This document shows positions 44,034 through 54,936 of a stretch of 64,000 nt of DNA, in pieces. The notes beneath the pieces were generated by a model that was not told the DNA's origin, made no database searches, and was given only the letters and a program-made list of their open reading frames with translations. Position 1 is the stretch's first letter, and each line of letters opens with the position of its first letter. This DNA comes from an uncultured Acidobacteriota bacterium. Its GTDB lineage: Bacteria; Acidobacteriota; Vicinamibacteria; Vicinamibacterales; CAVVIG01. Location: assembly GCA_963711505.1 (NCBI GenBank), contig CAVQEJ010000004.1, positions 87,442 through 151,441 of the forward strand. Reading direction: 5' to 3'. Made by a program: the position numbers and the translations under genes.

Positions 44034-44591
44034 TCAGGGTTTCATCCCTTCGCCGGAGATCTGCAGATCGAATCCGTCCGGGTCCGAGATGTGGAAGCTG
44101 TTCTCGGTGTCAGGCCGGTACTCCATCGGCCCCAGGCCGAAGCCCTTGCTCGTCTTCTGCTTGAAGCCGCGCCGCTTCAGCTCGTCCTCGACCCGGTCCT
44201 TGTTCCAGTCGGCGATCGTGATGGCGAAGTGATCGACCTTCGGTGTCGCCGTGCCCGGCTGGAACGGATTGCGCGGGATGATGAACGACGGGCCGAACAC
44301 CAGCTCGCACTGCCGCTTCCCATCGTCCGCCATCACCTTCATGCCGAGCAGATCCGAATAGAAGTCGCGCGTGCGGGCGTAGTCCTTCACCTCGAACGAG
44401 ATGTGGTTCACGGACACGGCCTCGAACCCGTGGCCGCCGCTCATCCCCTGCGCGGCTGCCGGCGCCGCGCCGGCCGTGGCCCCGCCCGCCGCGACGGCTG
44501 CGGCCGTGACGGCGAGCGTCTGGACGAGCTGACGCCGGTTCATCTTCCCGTGCTCGAAGTCCTGCAGCAGTTTCGCGATGATCTGTTCCAT
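44034..44591 (-). CDS. Tat-exported VOC/glyoxalase family protein
   Basis: MNRRQL Tat motif; VNHISFEVKDYARTRDFY, VDHFAITI, FHISDPDGFDLQI. Confidence 0.88.
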   Translation of the reverse strand: MEQIIAKLLQDFEHGKMNRRQLVQTLAVTAAAVAAGGATAGAAPAAAQGMSGGHGFEAVSVNHISFEVKDYARTRDFYSDLLGMKVMADDGKRQCELVFGPSFIIPRNPFQPGTATPKVDHFAITIADWNKDRVEDELKRRGFKQKTSKGFGLGPMEYRPDTENSFHISDPDGFDLQISGEGMKP

Positions 44592-44604
44592 GGATCAGTC
44601 CTCC

Positions 44605-45123
44605 TCAGGACCCGGCCTTCATGTTCTTGCCGGAGATTTGCAGGTTGTAGCCGTCCGGATCCTTGATGTGGAAGCTGTCGTCCGTGTCGGGCCGCGGGTT
44701 GAGCCCGCGCCGCGTCAGCTCGGCACCCACCTTGTCCTTGTCCCAGTCGGCAATCGTGATGGCGAAGTGATCCACCAGCGGCGCCTTGCTCTTGTCGCGC
44801 GCGTTGCGCGGCAGCAGGAACGTCTCGCCGAACGCCATGTCGCACTGGTGGCCGTTGTCGGCCATCACCTTCATGCCGAGCAGGTCGGCGTAGAAGTCGC
44901 GCGTCCGCGCGTAGTCGGCGACCTGATACGAGATGTGGTTCACCGCCACCGCCTGGAATCCGTGTCCGCCGCCCATCCCCTGCGCGGCTGCCGGCGCCGC
45001 GCCGGCCGTCGCCCCGCCCGCCGCGACGGCTGCGGCCGTGACGGCAATCGTCTGAATGAGCTGGCGCCGGTTCATCCGTCCCTGTTCGAAGTCGTGCAGC
45101 AGTTTCGCGATCATGCTCTCCAT
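44605..45123 (-). CDS. Tat-exported VOC/glyoxalase family protein (tandem paralogue)
   Basis: MNRRQL; VNHISYQVADYARTRDFY, FHIKDPDGYNLQI. Confidence 0.88.
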   Translation of the reverse strand: MESMIAKLLHDFEQGRMNRRQLIQTIAVTAAAVAAGGATAGAAPAAAQGMGGGHGFQAVAVNHISYQVADYARTRDFYADLLGMKVMADNGHQCDMAFGETFLLPRNARDKSKAPLVDHFAITIADWDKDKVGAELTRRGLNPRPDTDDSFHIKDPDGYNLQISGKNMKAGS

Positions 45124-45555
45124 GCAGTCAGCCTCCCCCTCCGGAAATGTGGGGGCCATCCTAGCAGGGCGGCTGAGCTTGGGTCACTGAAAATCCGGCC
45201 GGCGCGCTGCAGGCCCGGGCTGCGGCGGCTTCGCGTCATCGAGCCGGTCGATTGTCGGCGTCGATCGTCCGACGCGGTGCCGCAGTCGGAGTCGCCATCA
45301 ATTCACGCGTCACGCGGCACTGCCTGTCGTTCGTCCGGCGCCACGTGCCACGGAGTGACATCGTTGTGCCGTCTCGTCGCGTCGTGTACATCCGTGTACA
45401 TCTGCCACGGCTGGGCTTGCGTGCTCATGGGCATGGGAGCAAGATACGCGCACCATGCCGGCCGGGCGTCGTCGGGTCCGTCGATGCCCCGCACGCCACA
45501 CGCCATCGTCATCATGTCGGGACGTGTCCGTCCGTGCCGGGCGAAGGAGGATGCG

Positions 45556-48500
45556 ATGAGGGAAGACAGTCGTTGGATACGGGGCGCGATCGCGCTGGCC
45601 GCGGCTGCGGCGGTGGCCGCAGGCCTCGGCCTGACCGCGCGCGCCCAGACGATGGGGACGCACGCCGCGAATCCACTGGCGGCGCTGCACTTTCGATTCA
45701 TCGGGCCGCGGGGCAACCGTCTCGACTCGATCATCGGTGAGCCCGGCAATCCGAACGTCATCTATGTCGGCGCCGCCGACGGCGGGATCTGGAAATCCGA
45801 AGATGGCGGCACGAGTTGGCGACCGATCTTCGATCGCCAGGACGTCTCGCCCGTGGGCGCTCTCGCCATGGCGCCCTCCGACCACAACACTATCTGGGCG
45901 GGCACCGGCGAGCCGTGGCTCATCCGCCCGTACTGGGCGCTTGGCGACGGTGTCTACAAGTCCGTCAATGCAGGGAAGACCTGGCAGCACATGGGGCTGG
46001 ACGCCACCGGGCATATCGCCCGCATCGTCGTCGATCCCCACGATGCCAACCGCGTCTTCGTCTGCGCCATCGGCCAGGCGTTCCGTGAGCAACACGAGCG
46101 CGGCATCTTCCGCACGCTCGACGGCGGCAAGACCTGGCAGCAGGTCCTCTTCGTCAACGAGAAGACCGGCTGTTCCGAACTGGCGATGGATCCTCACGAC
46201 TCCGATACCCTCTTTGCCGGCATGTGGCCGGACATCATGCACGGGTGGAACAATGACAGCGGCGGTCCCGGAGGCGGCGTCTACGTCAGCCACGACGGTG
46301 GCACGACCTGGCACAAGCTCTCCGGCCACGGCCTCCCTGCCGCCGACCAGCCGATCGGCAAGACCGCCGTCGCCATCGCCCCGAGCGATTCCAACCGCGT
46401 CTACGCGCTCCTCCAGGAGAATCCGCCCCGCCTCTATCGCTCCGAGGATGGGGGCGAAAACTGGACGCTCGTCAACCAGTCGCACCTGACCGCCGAGCGC
46501 GGGCCGTACTACACGCGCATGGTCGTCGCGCCCGATAACGAGAACGTTCTCTATTTCCCCTCTGTCGCCTACAGCATTTCCTCGGACGGCGGCACGACAC
46601 TGCTCACGCCCAATCGCGCCACCGGCACCCTGGGTCAGGCCTCGGCTGGAGGCGACAACCACGACATCTGGATTGATCCGACCAATCCCGACCATATTCT
46701 CGAGGCCAACGACCAGGGCGTCAGTATCAGCGTCAACCACGGTCGCAGCTTCCTGCACGAATGGCTGCCGATCTCCCAGGCCTATCACGTCGCGACCGAC
46801 AACGACGTCCCGTACCACGTGACGGGGAATCTCCAGGACGACGGCTCTTTCCGCATCCCCAGCCGCGTTCTGAGTGGCGGATTCGGCGGTGGCGGTATCC
46901 CCCTGGCCGAGATCACGGGCACCGCGGGCTGCGAAGATGGCTTCGCCATTCCCGACCCGAAGGATTCCAATGTCGTGTGGGGCGGCTGCGACAACGGCCG
47001 CGTCTATCGGATGGATTACCGCACCGGCATGTCCCGTGAGGTCACGCCGTGGCCCGTGGTCGGCATCGGCTTCGCCCCGAAGGATGTGAAGTACCGCTGG
47101 AACTGGGTCTCGCCCATCGCGATCGATCCGCTCGATCACAATCGCGTCTACACGGGCGCCCAGGTCGTCTTCATGACCACCGACGGTGGACAGTCCTGGA
47201 AGGTCGTCAGTCCCGACCTGACCACCGACACGAAGAGCCACGAAGGCGATTCCGGCGGCCTGAGCGTCGGCAATACCGGCACCTTCGCCGGTGCCACGCT
47301 CTTCGCGCTCGCGGCCTCGCCCGTGAAGGAAGGGGTGATCTGGGCCGGCACGACCGACGGTCAGGTGAGCGTCACCGAGAACGGCGGCGCCAACTGGACG
47401 AACGTCACCAGGAACATGCCCAATCTGCCGCCGTGGGGCAGAGTCGAAGCGATCCAGCCGTCCCACTTCGATGCGGCCACCGCCTACGCCGCCGTCAGCC
47501 TCCAGCTGATGGGCGACTACAACGCCTACGTCTACAAGACCACCGACTACGGCAAGACGTGGAACGCTCATCAGCGGCTCCATCCCCAAGTCGGTGAACA
47601 GCTCCGTCAAGACGATCGCGGAGGATCCCGTCCGCAAGGGCATGCTCTATCTCGGCACCGAAAATGCCCTCTATGTCAGCTGGGACGACGGCGGCCACTG
47701 GACCCGCCTGCGCAACAATCTGCCGCCGGCCCCCGTCTTCTGGGTCACCATCCAGCCGACGTTCAACGATCTCGTCCTCGCCACCTACGGCCGTGGCGTG
47801 CTGGATCCTCGACGACATCTCGCCGCTCCGGGACTACGACACCGCGCGGCAGAAGGATGTCTATCTCTTCAAGCCCCGCGCGGCGTACCGCTTCCGCAGC
47901 ACCAACGACGAGCGGGAGGTCGAGCCCTCTCCGCATGTCCAGGGCGAGAACCCGCCGTACGGCGCCGATCTCAACTTCTGGCTCAAGTCACCGGAGAAGA
48001 ACGTCCAGATCACGATCACCGGTCCCGACAAGCACACCATCCGCACGCTCCAGATCAAGCAGGCGCGCCAGGGGCTGAATCGCGAGTGGTGGGATCTCCG
48101 GTACGAGTCCAGCACGGAGCTCAAGTTCCAGACTCCGCCTCCGGGGGCGCCCTGGGTGGACCCCCATCGCACGTACTCGGCCTATGGCGCCGCGACGCGG
48201 GCCGCGGGCCCCGTCGTGCCGCCGGGCACGTACACGGTGGAGCTGAAGGCCGGCGGCCAGACCCTGACCGAGCCGCTCAAGGTGCTCGCTGACCCCCATT
48301 CGCCGGGCACCGCGCAGTCGATTGGCCAGCAGGTCCAGTTCATTCTCCAGGTGCGCGACGAAATCAGCCATGTCGCCGTCATGATCAACCACCTCGAGCG
48401 GACGCGGTTGCAGCTCGAGAACCTCCAGAAGCTGCTCGCCGACCAGGGCTCGCACGATGACGCGGTCGTGCAGGCGGCGACGCAGCTGGAGAAGCAGGCC

Positions 48501-48804
48501 GTCGCCGTCGAGGCGCAGTTGATCAACGTTCAGAATACCGGCCGGAGTGAGGACGCGTTCCGCAGTCCGATTCGGTTGTACGGCAGGCTCGGCTGGTTGA
48601 TCACGGACATGGACGGTCGCCCGGGCAGAGGGACGGGTGGCGGCGACATGGCCCCGACCGATCAGGCGCTCGCCGCCTTCAAGGAGCTCCAGGCGGATCT
48701 CGTGCCGCTCGAGAGCGCAGTTCAAGCACCTGGTCGATTCCGCGACCCCTGATTTCAACAAGCTGCTCAAGCAGAACCATCTCTCGGCAGCCATCGAACC
48801 GTAG
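45556..48804 (+). CDS. Secreted BNR/Asp-box (VPS10-like) beta-propeller glycosyl-hydrolase-like protein (frameshifted)
   Basis: Signal peptide, FRFIGP..GNR, repeated S.DGG.TW Asp-boxes, GENPPYGA.L.FWL, C-terminal helical region. Confidence 0.88.
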
Positions 48805-48819
48805 CGCGGCAGTTCACAA

Positions 48820-48852
48820 CCGGGGACGGGAGGCCGAGCCTCCCGTCCCCGG
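48820..48852. terminator. Perfect 15-bp hairpin downstream of the BNR gene
   Basis: CCGGGGACGGGAGGC-CGA-GCCTCCCGTCCCCGG; no clear U-tract. Confidence 0.5.
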
Positions 48853-48920
48853 CCGTTCGCCGTTACGCGCCTCGCCGCCCCGGTAGGCGCGGCCCGCCCG
48901 ATTGCGGTACCCTCTCCGGG

Positions 48921-49827
48921 ATGCGCATCCTGGTTCTCGGCGCCGGCGCCATCGGCACCTTCTACGGCGCCCGGCTCTCCGCCCATCACGACGTCACGCT
49001 CGTCGGCCGTCCCGGCCACGTCGCGCGGATCGTCCGCGATGGGGTCCGCGTGACCGGTCTCGACGAGGCGACGTACCGCGTCGGCGCCGCGACCGAGCCG
49101 GGACCGATCGCGCCCGACACGCTGATCCTGCTGACGACGAAGGTGTACGACAGCGAGGCGGCGATCCGGCCGCTCGTCGGCCGGCTCGGTCCCGACAACT
49201 GCATCCTCTGCCTCCAGAACGGGCTCGACGCGGAGGCGATCGTGCGGGACGTCGTGGGCGGGCGCTGCCCGGTGCTGCGCGGCATCGTGCAGTTCGGCGT
49301 CACGTTCGTCGAGCCCGGCGTGGTCGCGATGAAGGCCCGAGGCTACACGTCGATCGAGCCGCACGCCCGGGCCGGCGAGCTGGCCGATCTCGCTCACGGG
49401 CTGCGGCCTCGACGGGCGGGTGTCGGCCGACATCCGCGACGAGATGTGGCGCAAGGTGATCGTGAACTGCGTCATCAATCCGCTGACCGCCATGACCCGC
49501 ATGGAGGTCGGCTGGGTGGCCGACGAGCGGGTCGACCCGCTGAAGCAGCGGATCGTCGACGAGTGCGTGGCCGTGGCGGCGAAGGATGGCGTCCGGATCG
49601 CCGACGACTTCGTCCGGACGATCAACGAGATGTACCGGCCGTCGACGAATCTCTCGTCGATGGATCAGGATCTGCGGAAGGGGCGCCGCACGGAGATCGC
49701 CTGGCTCAACGGCGCCGTGGTGGAACTCGGGGCGCGGTACGGGATCGCCTGCCCGGTGAACGGGGCGCTGGCCGATATCATCCGGGCGCTGGAGCCAACC
49801 GACGGGACCGGAGACCGTAGACTGTAG
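48921..49827 (+). CDS. panE: Ketopantoate reductase (PanE/ApbA family); indel near 49390
   Basis: MRILVLGAGAIG, TTKVYD, LQNGL, MWRKVIVNCVINPLTA, SSMDQDLRKGRRTEI..LNGAVV. Confidence 0.8.
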
Positions 49828-49860
49828 ACTGTAGCCCGGAGCCTGGAGCCCGTAGACCGT
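49808..49860. repeat. Heptamer tandem repeats overlapping the gene end
   Basis: GAGACCG TAGACTG TAGACTG TAGCCCG GAGCCTG GAGCCCG TAGACCG. Confidence 0.65.
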
Positions 49861-49876
49861 CGCAGAGGAGTCTGAG

Positions 49877-51107
49877 ATGTCGCTGGAGAAGCTGAACGCC
49901 GCACTGAAGAACGAAGTGGCCGCGCTCGAACGCGAGGGGCGTGCCAAGGCTCCCGAACGGATCATCACCGGCTACGTGCCGCCGACCGACGGCCGCGGTC
50001 CGCGGTACCGGCTGCAGGGGAGCGATCTGGAGTTCCTGCGGATGAACTCGAACAGCTACCTGTCGCTGTCGAACCATCCGGCGCTGCTCGAGGCCGCCGA
50101 CGAGGCGTCACGGCGCTTCGGCGCGGGCCCCGGCGCCGTGCGGTTCATCGACGGGACGTCGAGCGAGCACGTCGCGCTCGAGGCGCGCATCGCGAAGTTC
50201 ACCGGCCGCCCGGCCGCGCGCGCGTTCAACTCGGCCTACACCTCCGTGCTCGGGCTCGCGATGACGCTGGCGGGTTCCGAGACCTACTGGGTCGGCGACG
50301 AGCTGAACCACAACTGCATCATCCGCGCGATGCGCATTGCGAGCGTGCCGAAGGAGCTGCGGGCGATCTACAAGCACAACGACATGGCCGACCTGGCCCG
50401 GCAGCTCGATCAGGTGCCGTCGGGCGTCGCCCGCGTCGTCGTCATTTTCGACGGCATCTTCAGCATGCGCGGCGACAACGCGCCGGTTGCCGAGATTCGA
50501 GCAGATCGTGCGCCGCTACGAGGGCAAGTACCGGGACGGCGTCGTCACCGTGATGGACGACTCGCACGGCATCGGCGCCTATGGCGCGCGCGGCCGTGGG
50601 ACGGAGGACTTCTGCGGCACGCCGGTCGACATCCTGGTCGGCACGTTCGGCAAGGCCTTCGGCGTGAACGGCGGGTTCGTCGCCGGCAGCCCCGAGCTGG
50701 CCGAGGCGATGCGGCAGAAGGCCGACACCTACATCTATACGAACCCGCTCGGGGCCGCCGACTGCGCCGCGGCCGTCAACGCCATTGACATCGCCGACGG
50801 CGACGAGGGGCGGCAGCGGCTGAAGAACCTGGGCGAGCGGACAAAGCAGCTCCGCGACGGGCTGAAGGCGCTCGGGCTCGAGTCGATCCCCGGGCCGCAC
50901 CCGGTCGTGCCGCTGCTCCTCCGCGACACCGAGCGCGTGCGCCAGTACGTGCGCGGGCTGTTCGAGCGGGGCATCCTGGCCGTCGGCCTCACCTTCCCGG
51001 TGGTGCCGCGCGGCGACGAGACGATCCGCTTCCAGGTGAACGCCGCGCACACGGCGGCCGACATCGACCAGGTGCTCGGCGCCCTGAACGCGCTGATCGG
51101 CGGCTGA
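49877..51107 (+). CDS. PLP-dependent class II aminotransferase (2-amino-3-ketobutyrate CoA ligase/BioF family); indel near 50495
   Basis: NSNSYLSLSNHP, GAVRFIDGT, DELNHNCII, DGIFSMRGD, DDSHGIG, GTFGKAFG. Confidence 0.9.
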
Positions 51108-51111
51108 CCTC

Positions 51112-53190
51112 ATGAGGTTGTCCATGCCCACCCGTCGAGCCGTCTTCGTCCGTCTCGTCGCGTCGACCGCCCTGCTGCTGGCCGTATTCGGCGGGCGCCA
51201 GCCGGCCGCCCAGCGCCGAGCGGCATCATTCACTGTCGACGGGGCCCCACCCCCGTCGACGACGCTGCGGCGCTCGAAGACTCGCTGTCCTCGCGGAGCC
51301 GCAGGCGCTTCCCAGTACGACGTCATCCTCCGCCACGGCACGATCTTCGACGGCACCGGCGCGCCGGGCTTCACGGGTGACGTCGCCATGGCCGGCGGTC
51401 ACATCGCAAAGGTGGGGATCTCTCGGGCAGTCACGCGCGGCTCGAGCTGGACGTCACCGGCCTGTACGTCGCCCCGGGCTTCCTCAACATCCACAGCCAT
51501 GCGACGGCCGAAGCCGTGCCGACGGCCGTGAACATGCTGATGCAGGGAGTCACCACCGAGATCCTCAATCCCGACGGCGGCGGCAGCACCGACATCGAGA
51601 AGCAGCTCGCCGACTTCAGCCGCAACGGCCTGGCCGAGAACCTCGGGGCGTACATCGGCTTCAACAGCGTCTGGGCCGAGGTGATGGGAGCCGACGATCA
51701 CCGCGCCACCCCTGACGACGTCGATCGGATGCGCCGCATCGTGCTCGACAACCTCCAGCGGGGCGCCTGGGGCGTGTCGGCCGGACTCGACTACAAGCCG
51801 GCGTACTACGCCACGACGGACGAAGTCGTGAAGGTCGTCTCGGTGGCGCGGCCCTGGCGGACGAACTTCCCGAATCACGACCGCCTGACGCCCGAGTCGG
51901 GCTTCAGCTCGCTGCTGGGCATGCGCGAGACGATCGCCATCGGCGAGCGGGCCGGGCTCGTGCCGGTGATCACGCACATGAAGGTGCAGGGACACGAGCA
52001 GGGGAGCGCGCCGCAGATCATCCGGTCGATGGACGAGGCGACGGCGCGCGGCCACTACACGGCCGCCGATCAGTATCCGTATCTGGCCGGCGAGACGAGC
52101 CTGGGCGCGCTGCTCGTGCCGGGCTGGGCGCAGGCGGGCGGGCGCGAGGCGATGCTGAAGCGCTTTCAGGACCCCGCACAGCACGCGCGCATCGTCGCCG
52201 ACATCGAGTCGGCCATGAAGGCCCGCTTCGGCGGCCCGCAGGGCGTCTACCTGCCCGAGTCGCAGCGCGAGCTGACCGACATCATGAAGGCCATGCACCT
52301 GGGCGCCGGGGAGACGGTCATCCGGCTGCTCGAGGAGAAGAGCCGGCCGGCCATCCTGCGCTTCGGCATCGAGCGCGACGTCGTCCGGATCATGCAGAAC
52401 CCCGTCACGGCGATCGCCTGCGACTGCGGGGCGTCGCTCGCCACGCACATCCATCCCCGGTACTACGGCACCTTCCCGCGGGTGCTCGGGCACTACGTGC
52501 GGGAGACGCACGCGCTGACCTGGGCCGACGCCATCCGGAAGATGACCGGCCTGCCGGCGAGCACGATTGGCATGGTCGACCGCGGCTTCCTCGCGCCCGG
52601 CATGGCCGCCGACGTCACCGTGTTCGATCCGAAGACGGTCATCGACCACTCGACCTACGCGGATCCCGCGCGTCCGGCCGAGGGCATCCGCGACGTCTTC
52701 GTGAACGGCCAGCTGGCGCTGCGCGACGGGAAGCCGACCGGTGTCCGAGCCGGTGCCGTGCTGACGCGGACGGAGCACATGCCGAGCCGGCCGATGGGCA
52801 CCACCGGCGCGCGCAGCCTGCGGGTGCAGGGGATGCTGAGCGCCGCCGCCGGAGACGGCTCGGCGAGGTCCGTGATGGGGACGCGCGTCGCCATGACGGT
52901 GACGCAGGCCGCCGGCAGCCGCCGGGCTCGCGGTCAGTTCCGGTTCCAGGATCGGTCGACGGGGACGGCGATCCGGATGATGGACTGGGGGGTGCTGCAG
53001 ACGCGCGGCCGGTGGGCGACGATCACGGGCCGGGCCCTGCGTGCGGCCGGGCGGTGCCGAGCAGGCGGTCACGGTCATCGTCGATCGGGCCGATCCCCGA
53101 TCGCCGGGCACGATGACGTTCGTGCTGCAGGCCTCGGGCGGGTATCACTTCGAAGGGACGATGACGGGGGGCGGAAAGGCGGAGTTCTGA
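51112..53190 (+). CDS. N-acyl-D-amino-acid deacylase family amidohydrolase (frameshifted)
   Basis: YDVILRHGTIFDGTG, APGFLNIHSH, QGVTTEI, ADQYPY, HPRYYGTFPRVLG, RKMTGLPA, ADVTVFDP. Confidence 0.88.
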
Positions 53191-53195
53191 GGGGT

Positions 53196-53432
53196 GGGGA
53201 GTCAGTTGTGAGTTGTGAGTTGTCGGTTATGAGTTGTGAGTAGTGAGTAGTGAGTAGTGAGTAGTGAGTAATGAGTAATGAGTAATGAGTAATGAGTTGA
53301 ATGAGTCATGAGTTGTGAGTCTGAACGACCTCGACCAGACTCAAGACTCAAGACTCAAGACTCAAGACTCAAGACTCAAGACTCAAGACTCAAGACTCAA
53401 GACTCAAGACTCATAACTCACAACTACTCCCC
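53196..53432. repeat. Palindromic element of heptamer arrays: left (G/A)TGAGT(T/A) units, right 11 x AGACTCA, with terminal inverted repeats
   Basis: Direct reading; AGACTCA x11 at 53337-53413; ends GGGGAGTCAGTTGTGAGTT and AACTCACAACTACTCCCC. Confidence 0.9.
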
Positions 53433-54135
53433 TCATCTCCACCCCACCCGCACCAGGTCGCCGCGATACGGGATCAGCCGTCCGGCGTAGACGTCGATCG
53501 AGAACCGCATCGGTTCGTACCCACGCGCCTGCACGAGCACGTCGTGCTGCCCGGCGACGAGGGTCAGCGGCTGTCGCGTGCTGCGGAAGTCCTCCACGCG
53601 TCCCACGTAGTACCCATCCACGTACACGAGCGCATCGTCGGGGTGCAGGTCGAAGGTGACTGCGCCATACGAGGCGTACGGCTCGCCCGCGAACACCGGC
53701 GGCGGCGCCGCCCAGCGGAAGGGGGCGACGCGTGCCGATGTACAGCCCGACCGAGAACCGCCGGCTGCCGCTCCACCACGGCCACGCCCGATACGCGTTC
53801 ACGACGACGGCCGGCGGCACGATGCGGACGTGACGCGCGTAGCGGTCGTCTCGGTCGCGGCGATCGTCACGGTCGCGCCGCTCGAACCGCCGGTCGTCGC
53901 GATCGCGCCGCCGATCGGCGCGGAAGCGCTCGTCGCGATCGCCGCCGCGGCTCGGGCCGCGCCCGTTCGTCGCGGCGGTGCGCGGCCGCGCCTGCGCGCT
54001 GGGCGTCCGAGCCTGCGTGCGTGGCCGGGCTGGCGCTGCCGCTCATGGTCCTGACCCGCCGCGGCGCGCAGCCGGCAGGCCCCGAGCGTCAGAGGGCGAG
54101 CAGGGCGATCGGCGTCGGGTGTGTCGAATCTTCAT
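53433..54135 (-). CDS. PEGA-domain exported protein with Arg/Asp-rich low-complexity N-region (frameshifted)
   Basis: HPDDALVYVDGYYVGRVEDF...LTLVAGQHDVLVQARGYEP; GGAGGAGG RBS before ATG 54135. Confidence 0.75.
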
Positions 54136-54208
54136 GGCCTCCTCCCGTTTCTGACGCGGTGTGCCGTGCGACGCGAGGACGCTTGCGACGGGTGCTGTTC
54201 AAGAACAG

Positions 54209-54224
54209 GGCAAAGTGCCTGCCA
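54209..54224 (-). promoter_or_regulatory. sigma54 promoter
   Basis: TGGCAGGCACTTTGCC = GG-N10-GC upstream of the PEGA gene. Confidence 0.65.
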
Positions 54225-54532
54225 TGCCGGAATCGCCCGCCATTAGCGCCATGGGGTCGATCGACCGGCAGCGGGTGTCATGTCGAGGGTGCGTGGTGTG
54301 TCAGCCCGGGAGGACGGCGGCGAGCGAAGCGCAGGCTGCTGGTGCAGCTTCCGTGGAGCGCGGTCGAGAAGTTCTTACCGAGGCGATCCATCCCTTGTGT
54401 TCATCCATCGTGGTGCGCGGTGACAGCTTCCCGCCGCGTCCCGTTGCAGTCGTCATGATTATCTTTGTGTCAAGTGAGAAATGTCTGCAGAAATGGCCAG
54501 AAACAGGCATGAATATAGGATACGCGCTCCCA

Positions 54533-54543
54533 TAGATAATCTA
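54533..54543. promoter_or_regulatory. Putative PadR autoregulatory operator
   Basis: Palindrome TAGA-TAA-TCTA about 20 nt upstream of the padR start. Confidence 0.5.
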
Positions 54544-54562
54544 CCGATTCGAGAATGTCGCC

Positions 54563-54921
54563 ATGCCAAAGCGAGGCGCGCCACCGCTACAGGGCGATCT
54601 GCTCCAGGGCAACGCTCGACGTCCTGATCCTGAAAACGCTCGCCATCGGGCCGGCCCACGGCCACACCATCGCCCACGTCAGATCGCCCACCAGTCCGAG
54701 GAGGTGCTGCAGGTCGAGCACGGGCTCGCTCTACCCGGCGCTTCACCGCCTGGAGGACCGCGGCTCCATCGCCTCGTTCTGGGGCACGTCCGAAAACAAC
54801 CGGCGCGCCCGCTACTACCGCCTCACGCCGGCGGGCCGCCGCCAACTGGCCGAGCAGACCGAGCCGCTGGGACCTGCTGGTCGAGGCGATCAACCGCGTC
54901 CTGAAGCCGGCCGCGGAATGA
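54563..54921 (+). CDS. PadR-family transcriptional regulator (acidobacterial type), frameshifted
   Basis: [53 protein letters not shown]. Confidence 0.88.
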
Positions 54922-54936
54922 CGAGGGAGCCGCGCC

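Noticed and set aside
44578-45555. N-terminal extension of the 1166-aa ORF
   Set aside because: It overlaps the VOC gene on the opposite strand; the real start is ATG 45556 with an AAGGAGG RBS and signal peptide
35733-49827. Two ketopantoate-reductase homologues as a recent duplication
   Set aside because: They are clearly divergent subfamilies; multiple PanE/ApbA paralogues are common
53201-53420. Possible CRISPR array
   Set aside because: Units are 7-nt tandem repeats with no unique spacers, and there are no cas genes in the window
53308-53490. ORF with SRLKTQD repeats
   Set aside because: Merely the translation of the AGACTCA array; no RBS or coding evidence
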